Source: Octopus bimaculoides (lineage: Eukaryota). Taken from it: a stretch of DNA of 32,439 bases. The stretch's first letter is position 1; each line of letters opens with the position of its first letter. Positions 11,432 to 23,450 of the stretch are shown in pieces. The notes under the pieces were generated by a model, which was given only the letters and a program-made list of their open reading frames with translations, did no database searches and was not told the DNA's origin. The stretch lies in assembly GCF_001194135.2 (NCBI RefSeq), contig NC_069004.1:2246756-2279194 (forward strand). The letters are read 5' to 3'. Made by a program: the position numbers and the translations under genes.

Positions 11432-12090
11432 TGAGAAAATGAGAGAACCATTAAAACAGCTGATGTCAAAGAGGTTGGTATTGGAACAGTGGCACCAAAT
11501 AAATGACACCAAAACAGCAGCACCAAAATGTGTCATAGCCATTTGAGGATGAGGTCTTCAGCTTTTAATCAATCAGAGCTAAAGCCCCAATTATAACTCA
11601 CTTAGTTATTCAAATATTTGTTGACTTGGCCCCAATAATACGTAACTGACAGTCCCTGCATCCCACCATTGTTTCTCCCCAACTGCAATGTTTCCTCTCC
11701 AATCACAAACAAAAATAAACACTAACTTCTTGAGGGAAGATTTCCAGGGAACTTACCTTATACAACAAGCTGCGCTCCCTTGCTTCTCTTAGTCTCATGG
11801 CTCCACTTCCACCTGGCACTGAAGAACGAAAAAAACCCAATAGTCTTGGAATGAAACTTAACTCTTTTGATACCATCTGAAAGTCTCCACCTTTTTGCCT
11901 TCTCTCGTTTTGTGTGTATGCATATACACATACTTTCTATTTCATTGTCAGACTTTTATACTTAATATATTTAGTGTAACTAATTTGTTTATCCACAAAA
12001 TTGCCCCTTTCCCCCCCTCTCTCTCTCTACACACATATATATATATATAAATACATATATACATACATACATACATACATACACACACAC

Positions 12091-12152
<62 letters not shown>

Positions 12153-15100
12153 GTATATATAAATATATATATATATACATATAGACTGCCTACTAAGAAC
12201 ACTACTACTCCCAGTATCATCTTACAGTTGTTTTCACAATATATATATAAATATATATATATATACATATAGACTGCCTACTAAGAACACTACTACTCCC
12301 AGTATCATCTTACAGNNNNNNNNNNNNNNNNNNNNNNNNNNNNNNNNNNNNNNNNNNNNNNNNNNNNNNNNNNNNNNNNNNNNNNNNNNNNNNNNNNNNN
12401 NNNNNNNNNNNNNNNNNNNNNNNNNNNNNNNNNNNNNNNNNNNNNNNNNNNNNNNNNNNNNNNNNNNNNNNNNNNNNNNNNNNNNNNNNNNNNNNNNNNN
12501 NNNNNNNNNNNNNNNNNNNNNNNNNNNNNNNNNNNNNNNNNNNNNNNNNNNNNNNNNNNNNNNNNNNNNNNNNNNNNNNNNNNNNNNNNNNNNNNNNNNN
12601 NNNNNNNNNNNNNNNNNNNNNNNNNNNNNNNNNNNNNNNNNNNNNNNNNNNNNNNNNNNNNNNNNNNNNNNNNNNNNNNNNNNNNNNNNNNNNNNNNNNN
12701 NNNNNNNNNNNNNNNNNNGTATCTTAAAGCCATTTTATTTCTGCTGTCATCTGGCATTTCGAGAGCTTCCCAGAGGTCACTCATTCTCTGTGCTAAGCCA
12801 TCAACTATGGTAGGACCCTGGATAACATATAAGAAGAAGAAAAGAAAGAATAAGAGATTATTAAAACTTTTTGAAAACATGTTATCATCATTACTTTTTT
12901 TGCTATTTTTTTTTTTCTTTTTTGGTTGGACATGATGTTATTATGACTCTTGAAGTAGAATGCACCATTCCTGCATTAATCTATCGTACAACAATAAAGA
13001 TTCAATTTCTTATTTTCCTAGATTTGTTAAACAAAAATTAATTTTCGCCTCCAAGAACAAGCTTGTTAGTGGCTCTTTTAATGGTCCAACGATTCTGTGA
13101 AGTCAACAAAACACTAAAAAAAAACATACACACAGTAGCAAAAAAGAAAAAAGTCTTACTGAAGAACGTTCATGTCCAGAGACAGCACTAATAGAACTTT
13201 TACCAGCAGCAGCAACAGTACTGGAAGGAGGAAAGAAAAGACTATTCATCAGGAATAAACATATTGGGTGTGAATAGTATTCTGTACATATTATTTAGTG
13301 GAGGTACATAGCTTAGTGGTTAGGGTGTTGGATTCATGACTGTAAGATTGTGGTTTCAATTCCTGGACCGGGCAATGCATTGTGTTCTTGAGCAAAACAC
13401 TCCATTTCACATTGCTCCTGTCCACTCAGCTGGCAAAAATGAGCAATCCTGTGACAGACCGGCATCCTGTCCAAGGAAGAACATATACACCAGAGTGCCT
13501 TGCTTAAGGACACAATACCCTACTAGGAGTTGAACTCACAATCTTACACTTGTAAGCCGATTATCCTAACCACTCTGCCACATGCCTTCACAATGTAATA
13601 CAAGCTAATCTAAAGACCCAGTCTTTGGAGACATGATGCCAATTAAATAACTGATGTCTCTATAAAGTACCCTAATGCATTTGTTCTCAAAGAATGACTT
13701 CATTTCCTTTAATTGGGTGCAGGTATGGTCGTGTGGTTAAGAGGGTTGTTTTCCAACCAGGCTGTTTCAGTGTGGTACATAAGGAAAGTGTCTTATACTA
13801 TACTCCTGGGCTAACTGAAGCCTTGTGAGTAGATTTGGTAGATGGAAACTAGAAGAAACCCTTTTGTGTGTGTGTATGTGTGGGTGGGTGTGTATTTGTT
13901 TGTGTCTGTGTTTGTCCCCATCATCGCTTGAAACCAGTGTTGATGTGTTTACATCTCCATAACTTAGCGGTTTGATAAAAGAGACAGATAGAATAAATAC
14001 AAGGCTTAAAAATACTGTGATCGATCTATTTGACTAAAAATTCTTCAAGGCAGTGCCTCAGCACAGCCACAATCTAAAGTAAAAGATAAAATCATTGCCA
14101 CATTGTCTACTTTTCCAGTCATCTTTGATCCCATTCCGTTATGAAAAAATGAGAAAAGGAATACTCACGCCTTGGGTGAGGCTGAATAAAGAAACAAAAC
14201 AAGACATATTTTCTTTTAGGTTAATAAGTATTCGTAATATTTTTCAAAACATCGTTGAGTATCTACACAAGAAAAGAATCGATGAGTATACAGTAATCCA
14301 TCGACGATCATGGGTGTTACACTCCAAAACCTCCCACAGAAATAATTAAAATCTAAAAAAATATAAATACCTATTGGCCACAGAAACCTGGATATACTGA
14401 GGAGTCTGCAATATATATTTACATATATTAGCCAGAAAAATCCACAATGTACCGAGTGCGTGATAGGTGAACCATGATGTGGTGAGGGATTACTGTATAT
14501 AATATTTCTGCAATGCGGGATATTGCTTGTGGTGTTTAGAACTGCTTCAGCTCTGTTATACTTCAAAAGATCCATGTACAAGGAAGAAATGAGTTATTGT
14601 TGTATGTTTCTTACTGAAGTTACATTCTGATATTTTGAACACAAGGTGAAAATAGAAAACAAGTTTGGAGATAAATTTTTCCTTTAGTCAATACATTCTT
14701 ACATGTATTTCATTAACAATAATCTATGTCATATAAAGAAATACCTTATAAATGGGTTACATCATCAAATCATCAGAGGTTGCATAGCAAATGAAAAAGC
14801 ACTTAAGTTATGCAATAATTTTCACACTGTGTCATGATGTCAACAAACGCAATGACTGTGTTGAGATGGATCAATGAATATACTTATCTCTCTCAATAAT
14901 ATATATAGTGCTGGTGCAGCCCCCTCTTCTCCAACTGTTGCATCATTCATAGTCNNNNNNNNNNNNNNNNNNNNNNNNNNNNNNNNNNNNNNNNNNNNNN
15001 NNNNNNNNNNNNNNNNNNNNNNNNNNNNNNNNNNNNNNNNNNNNNNNNNNNNNNNNNNNNNNNNNNNNNNNNNNNNNNNNNNNNNNNNNNNNNNNNNNNN

Positions 15101-15499
15101 NNNNNNNNNNNNNNNNNNNNNNNNNNNNNNNNNNNNNNNNNNNNNNNNNNNNNNNNNNNNNNNNNNNNNNNNNNNNNNNNNNNNNNNNNNNNNNNNNNNN
15201 NNNNNNNNNNNNNNNNNNNNNNNNNNNNNNNNNNNNNNNNNNNNNNNNNNNNNNNNNNNNNNNNNNNNNNNNNNNNNNNNNNNNNNNNNNNNNNNNNNNN
15301 NNNNNNNNNNNNNNNNNNNNNNNNNNNNNNNNNNNNNNNNNNNNNNNNNNNNNNNNNNNNNNNNNNNNNNNNNNNNNNNNNNNNNNNNNNNNNNNNNNNN
15401 NNNNNNNNNNNNNNNNNNNNNNNNNNNNNNNNNNNNNNNNNNNNNNNNNNNNNNNNNNNNNNNNNNNNNNNNNNNNNNNNNNNNNNNNNNNNNNNNNNN

Positions 15500-15544
<45 letters not shown>

Positions 15545-17555
15545 TTATAATCATCATCATCATTTAACGTCTGCTTTCCGTGCTGGCATGGGTTAGACAG
15601 CTCGAATGGAACTGGTAAACCAGAGAGCTACACCAGGTTCCAGTCTGAATTTAGCTTGGTTTCTACAGTTGGAGGCCCTTCCTAAGGCCAACCACTCTGA
15701 GAGTGTAGTGGGTGCCTTTTATGTGTCACCAGCAAGTGTATATATATAATATATATACATATATATTTATATATATACATACACAAGCATACAAATATAC
15801 ATATATATGAATGCATATATATATATATATATATATTCACACACACATTCACTCAAACACACATACACACATGCGCATATCGCAACACTTTTAGCATGAA
15901 CATCCAAATATAGTTACTGTTAAAAAAAACCTAACAGGAAGACAATTAAACCTTGGGAGAGGCATTATACCGGTAATACACATACGAAACTAACAGAAAG
16001 AATTGCCTATAAAAAGTATCATGGAGATAATTTACTTGGATCACTTCCTAATCCGCCAAGGAGTATGGTCTCAGCATTCCAAAAGCCATCTTCATATTGG
16101 GTCTTCTTACGACGCAGCTCGTCTACCTTTCTTTCAGCCTCAGCGACAGCCAATTCTTTCTCCACTCTGCAACATTCAAATACCAAAATTCTAGCATATA
16201 ACTAAGTGTGAATTGTCTTTAAAACTCTTTTGCTACCATATTCATCTTGAAATATATTGCTTTTGTTTCAAGTTAGAAATGAATTTATTGAAATCATGTT
16301 ATCATTATTAAACCTTTCGTTACCGTATTTATTTTGAGATGTTCTGTATGACTCTTCAATTAATTTTAAATATTACAAAGAATTTAGTAAAATAACTTAG
16401 ATATCATTAAGCAAGTGTTAGGAACATTAATTGTGACTAAGGTTTGGTGGAAGATTTTCATTCAGAACTTTTGAAAACAAGACATTTGTACTAGAGAGCC
16501 AGAAGTGGTTTTAGCCGGGTTGGTATTAAAAGGGTTAAATTTCTGCAAAGCATATTTCTCATGAAACTATACAAGCCATGTGTTTTAACCCTTTCGTTAC
16601 CATATTTCTGTTGAGATGCTCTGTGTTTCTTTCAATTAATTTTGAGTATAACAAAGAATTTAGTAAAATAACTTAGTTATCATTAAGTTAGTGTTAGGAA
16701 CATGAATTGTGACTAAGGTTTGATGGAAGATTTTAATTCAGAACTTATAAAACAAGACATTTGTACTACAGAGCCAGAAGCATTTTCAGCTGGGTTGTTG
16801 TCAAAAGGGTTAAGCTGGTGAAGGCAGCGAGCTAGCAGAATCAGTAATATGCTAGATAAAATGCTTAGCAGTATTTTGCCCATAGCTGTGCTCCGAGTTT
16901 AAATTCCACTGAGGTTGACTTTGCCTTTCATCTTTTCAGGGTTAATAAAATAAGTACCAGTTGAACACTGGGGCCAATGTAATCGACTCATCCCCTCCCC
17001 CAAAATGTTTAGTAAATAGTTGAAACCTGTAGCTAACAGTTGCATAGTGTCCTTCTCTTCCAGATTGTGAAAGCTTACCATAACGTTTAATCTAAACACA
17101 GTGAAATTCTTTATGGGTATATATATGGGTTAAAGCATACGAAAATTTCTTTGTAACTGTGAATGCAACTGAACATGAAGTATTGGTTTCAGACCTAAGT
17201 TCATGTGTATACACTCACCATCGTCATCATCACTGTCATCATTTAACATCCGCTTTCCATGTTGGAGCAGGGTGAACAGTTTGAGTGGAGTCAGTAAGGC
17301 TAAGGGATGCACCAAGCTGCATTTTCTGTAGTGGCAGGGTTTCTACGGCCGGATGCCCTTCCTAATGCCAACCACTCCACAGAGTGTACTTGGTGCTTTT
17401 TACATGGCATCAGCACTAGTACTTATTTTATCAACCTCAAAGGAATGAAAGGCGAAGTCAACCCTGGCAGAATTTGAACCCAGAACATAATGATGGATGA
17501 AATGCCACTAAGCATTTTGCCCAGCATGCTAATGGTTCTGCCAATTTGCTGCCTT

Positions 17556-17588
<33 letters not shown>

Positions 17589-18005
17589 CCCTCATCTAAA
17601 TACTAACCTTAAAACCTCAGCCATTTTTTCCTGATCTTCTATTGATTTACGGATTTCTAAATGCTCGTCATCATCATACAGATGGAAGATAACATGAAGG
17701 AAATCTGAATCCTGAAACAGATAAAAAAAACACACACAAAAAAGAAAAACAAGCTATTAAGCAAACATCGTCACCATCATCAAGAAGAAGAAGAAGAAGA
17801 AGGAGGAGGAGGAGGAGAAAAAGAAGAAGAAGAAGAAGAAGAAGAAGAAGAAGAACCATACCATCGTGCTGAGATATTTGAGGCAGTCTTTATCATCAAA
17901 AAACGATAACCACCATGATTTCCAATCGCCCTGCTTTTTCACGTCTGTCACTTCCCCTTGCATCATAATCGTGGGATGCTGAAAGATTTAAAACTTTGCT
18001 TAAGA

Positions 18006-18073
<68 letters not shown>

Positions 18074-20001
18074 TTATGATAATAATAATAATAGTAATAA
18101 TAATAATAATGATTATGATAATAATAAACGAATACTGCAGTGGTTTAGTGGTTAGGGTGTTGAACTCATGATCATAAGATTGTGGTTTCAATTCCTGGAC
18201 CGGGCGATGTGTTGTGTTTTTGAGCAAAACACTTCATTCCATGTTGCTCCAGTCCACTCAGCTGGCAAAAGTGAGTTACCCTGTGAGGGACCGGCGTCCT
18301 GTCCAGGTGGGGAATATATACACCTCAGAAACCAGGAAACCGGCCCTCGTGAGTCAGCATGACTCGAGAAGGTAACCATTACCTTTTACCACTTGACAAC
18401 AGATTCACATGGTTTCATTGTAAGTGGTTCAATTCCTTCACAACACTTCTATTAGATTATCAAACTTTGTCTTTGTGGTCCTCAAGTAATTTTGAATTTA
18501 TTAGAACAGAAGAAATTAAACTTACGCGTGGATATATGGTTGTCTTCTGGTATTTCCGAGGAGCCTGTGGACTGAATGAATCAATATTTAATCAATAGCT
18601 ATCATGTCAACGATGTGTGTGAATACATACATATATACTTATATAAATACATGCATGTGTGCAATTGTGTGTGCATATGTACATACATACACACATACAT
18701 ACATACATACATACATACAAAAATACCCTGTTGTTGATGTTGAAATTCCAATGAAGGAGGCTTGGATCTCCAGGTTAGAAACTGGTTCTTTCTCTATTGG
18801 CAAGAAATCTTGAAATAAGGATATCAGAACCAGCAGGTATTCACACCATTAAAAACAAGGAATAACTGGTGGAACACTCCAACAAAAACATCAATTTGAT
18901 GCGAACATAACAGAACTGATATTGTTCTGTGAGACAGGGAACAAAGTCATGCTCTGTTGTTGAGGTCAGCTGCCCAGCAGATGTGAATGTACAATCAAAA
19001 GTCCAAGAAAAAGAGAACATCCATGGCAAATTAATGGAACTTACAGCTTTTGTACCCTGATTATGAAGTCTCATTTGTACCTATCGTTATAGGTACATTA
19101 GGTTATGTACCACGAATTTATCTAGAAATACTCAGTATTATGGAGAAAGAGCAAAAGAAACTGATGTGGATTCTCCAAATCCATTCTATTAGTGGCACAG
19201 TGAAGATCTGTAAGACATTCCAAAGATTCTCCATCTGAGATTCTTAGGTGAATAGAGGCACGCATTTGGGTGTATGTGTCGACAGTTCAAACAACACACC
19301 AACTCAACCATATATTTACAAACGCTGGGAATCGTCTTAACTCAAAAAGTCTTGTCACTTTCTTAGCGACCAGCTTGAACTCTCTGGAGAATTTACATTA
19401 AACTCAAAGAAAAAACATACAGGCAAACAGACATACTTATATATACACATGATGGGTTTCTTTCAGTGTTCTTTGACCAAATCCACTCACAAGATTTTGG
19501 TTGCCTTGGGGCTATAGTAGAAGACACTTGCCCAAGGTGCCACACATCAGAACTGAACTCAAGTCCACATTGTTTGGAAGCAGGCTTCTTAACCATACAG
19601 CTATGCCTGTGCCTATAAAGCGACACCTGGAAATTTGTGAAGAATGCCATGGAAATTATTCTCATTACAGTACGGTAAATACCATTCTGTTCTGAGATTC
19701 TCAAGAATAACAAATGAAATGAAGAAATGACATACACTAATTCCCACAATCCTTTTTTCATACCCTGCCAGGGTGGCACTTGCGACACCTTCAGATTCTC
19801 ATTGACTGTTCGGGATTTCAGGTTCAGTGAACTGGAGTTGATACAATATTTGAAGTTCAAGCTGTCAGGAGCCTCGAATATGTCTTCATCCTGTAACACA
19901 ACATTATGTTTGAAGATATTTTCAGTTAATAAGCTCAAATAAAATTACACTGGAGCATTCTTCATTACTATAGGACAGTGTGTGTGTGCATGTATGTGCG
20001 T

Positions 20002-20043
<42 letters not shown>

Positions 20044-21448
20044 CTATCTATCTATAAGTTAAAATACTAGCTAAAGAGGATGATAGATATCTATTCGGTC
20101 CATACGCTTGTCAAAAAGTAATTAGTTAATTGTCTAACCACATGCTCATATACGTGTATATGTTTAAATATATTGTGCAATGATGTGAATGTATCCATAT
20201 TTTGGGGATAACAATGCAATAAAGAAATTACCTTGGCAAGTAATTCAAGTGATTCCTTATTCTCAAACTTTTCCAAAATGGTATTTATATTTTCGTAAAG
20301 TTCTTCAAGCTGAGCCTTCTCATCATCTACCTGATCAATTTCCTCAACTATAGATGAGGGAATCTGTATAATGAAACAACAGATTAGACTAAATTGATAC
20401 AGATTTACCCGTGGCAATCAGTAGAATCATTAGAGCATTGAACATAATGCCTCATGGTATTTGTTCTGACCCACTATAAGGTCCCAGTCCTTGCTGTGGT
20501 ATGGTAGCTTGTGTGCTTCAATGACCTTGAAAGCTTTGCCAGCAGGACACAAACTCTTGGTAGGGCCTCCCATACTATCAAAGGACAAAAGTCAGACTAA
20601 TAAGGACCACCTTGTTCCCTGAAGTAACAATGGGTTTGCACAGGACCAACACCCCTACTCAGATAAAAGGACAAGTTACCAAAGCATCACTGACAATTTA
20701 GAACCACCAAAACCTGGGAGAGGAAGACCTTTCTCAAGGAAACATATGACAAGTCAGGCCCTTACCTCGAACCCACACGGTCTCCCATGCTGTAGAACAG
20801 GTCAAGGGATAGAGGCCAGGCTAATATGGACAACTTCTTCCCAGAAGTAAAAAGGGTTTAAGCAGGATATCAGATTCCCGTCACTTACCTCACCAAGAAG
20901 TTCATTGTATTGTGGTTTGAACATCTGTAATGTTGGGCTGACCTGTAAATACCTCTCTGTAACTTGTACAGAGGAGATTCGAACAGTATCCTGTTAAGAA
21001 TAAAAGAGATCGTAAGACACAACAGATTCAAAGAGGGAGAGAGAAAGAGAGAGAGAGATAGAAAGAAAAAGGGAGAGAAGGAAAAAGAGAGAGAGAGAGA
21101 GAAGGAAAAGAAGAGAGAGAGTGTGTGTGCGTGTTTCCCCGCCCGTTTCCCAACCACATAGTTCCAGGTTCAGTCCTACTGCACGGTGCCTCAGGTGTGT
21201 TTACATTTGTCCCCACCCCCACCGTCGCTTGACAACTGATATTAGTTTTTTTACATCCTTGTAACTTAGTAGTTCAACAGAAGAGACTGATAGACTGTGT
21301 GTGCATTTGGCTGACAAACCAGCACTGCCAATATCCAGTTACTAAAACAATGACAAAAGCCAAAAAATAAAACACCTTTTTCTGGAAATGAATTGTCCGA
21401 ATATCAGGCTGGGTGAAGATTGGTTCAATTATTTTCACATCCCTGCAG

Positions 21449-21485
<37 letters not shown>

Positions 21486-23417
21486 ATAATAATAATTATT
21501 TTTTAATCATAATGATGCAAAGTGGCTGAGTTCCTTTCAAGTGTTCAGCCTCACAGAGGCAATGACCAAAACCTTTGGTATTATGTCGTGCTTGAGGAGA
21601 AGACCCTCAAGCCAAGCAAAAGTGCAATCATGGCAAATATCGGTGTCACGCAAATTGGCACCCATGCTGGTGGCACGTAAAAGCACCGCAGTGTAATGCA
21701 AATGGCATCTGTGCCGGTGGTACGTAAAAGCACCCTTTACACTCTCAGAGTGGTTGGTGTTAGGAAGGGCATCCAGTTGTAGAAAACCATCCCGAATCAG
21801 ACTGGAATCTGGTGCAGGCTTCCACTGTGCCAGTCCAGTCAAACTATCCAACCCATGCCAGCATGGACAACAGACGTTAAATGATGATGATGATGGTGAT
21901 GATGATGATGATGATGATCATGATGAATGAAAATAGATGATCATAATGGTAAGAATAGTAGTAATGATAATAATGGTTTGAAATTTTGGCTCAGTTTTAG
22001 GGGGAGGGTGTTAACCAATTAATGGAGGAGGAACAAGTCATGATTGTCAACAACATGAATATGCCATGACACAAGAGAGAGAGGGGGGACTCGTACTGGT
22101 ACTTAATTTATCAGTCCCAAAAGGACGAAAGGCAAAGTCGACCTCAGTGGAATTTGAACTCAGAATGTAGTGACAAATGAAATGGCACTAAGCATTTCAC
22201 CTGGCATGCTAACAATTCTGCCAGCTTGCAGCCTTCCAGCACCTTAATAACACAAGGGACCCAGATACACTGGAAGCTATGTCACAAGCATTTCAGTGAG
22301 GTGTAGTGGTTAGGGTAGGTGTTGCTTACCTCTCACTTCTTCTGTTTTCTCGTTGCAGCTTTTCAAGACTTTGGATAGTTCTTTGTAACTTTGCTTGGGC
22401 CAGCTTCCTCTTGTCATCTTGTGCAACAGACTTCAGACATGAAAATATACATTTAAACTTATATAGCATTGCCTTATGTGTACATGTGTGTACATATGTT
22501 GTTCTTTTGTGATTGGTTGAGTGTTGCGTAGGAACTGGTTTGAAGGTCCAATCACGCTGTGCATAATATATTTCAAACAACTACCCCCCCTCCCCCCTCA
22601 GCCACACTACTAATTGTTGCTACGAAGATTCTCTTTTTGAGTTGTCTGGAGAGTTTGGAGGCCCAGATATGATAGCATTAGCACCAGTGGCATAGAATTA
22701 TTGGCAAACCAAGAAGGGATCATGTCAATCAACATTTGGAAGACATTGAAGATCAGGCAGGGGATAGGAAGACTGCTGGGGAAGACAGGGGACATCTGGC
22801 ATGGAAGAGTAGCAACTGGTCCAGGCTGGTCAGCCAACTGACTGACTGACTGGATGGACAGATGGTTGGTGGGAGGGGAGAGAGAGGGATNNNNNNNNNN
22901 NNNNNNNNNNNNNNNNNNNNNNNNNNNNNNNNNNNNNNNNNNNNNNNNNNNNNNNNNNNNNNNNNNNNNNNNNNNNNNNNNNNNNNNNNNNNNNNNNNNN
23001 NNNNNNNNNNNNNNAGGGAGGGACAGACAAACAGATAGACAATAGACAGATGGATAAACGGACGGACAGTGAGATGGATCGAGGGATGGAAGGATGGTCA
23101 GATAGACAGACAGAGAGGTAGACATATAGACAGCAGTGGTGGTAATATTGATGATTGTAGTGATAGTTCTGTTGGTGGTAGTGGTGGTGGTGGTAGTGGT
23201 TACAGTAGTGTTGGTTGTAGTAGGACAGTGTGTAGAAAGGTGTGCATGTACCTTAATGACTGGAGGTAGATCATCCATTAGAAGCTCTGCCACATCAGGT
23301 TGAACTTCATCCCTCTGTGCCAGTACCTTTAAGTCCTTAGCTAGATCTCTTGTTCTTTGCTCTTCTTTCTGGAAGCAGGAGAAAAGAAACAGTACATACA
23401 TGCATATATAAATAATT

Positions 23418-23450
<33 letters not shown>

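Noticed and set aside
22610-23250. Extension of ORF 22610-23443 beyond the real exon
   Set aside because: Reads through a GT donor into (ACC)n/(TCTG)n repeats and an N-gap; the exon chain skips it in phase
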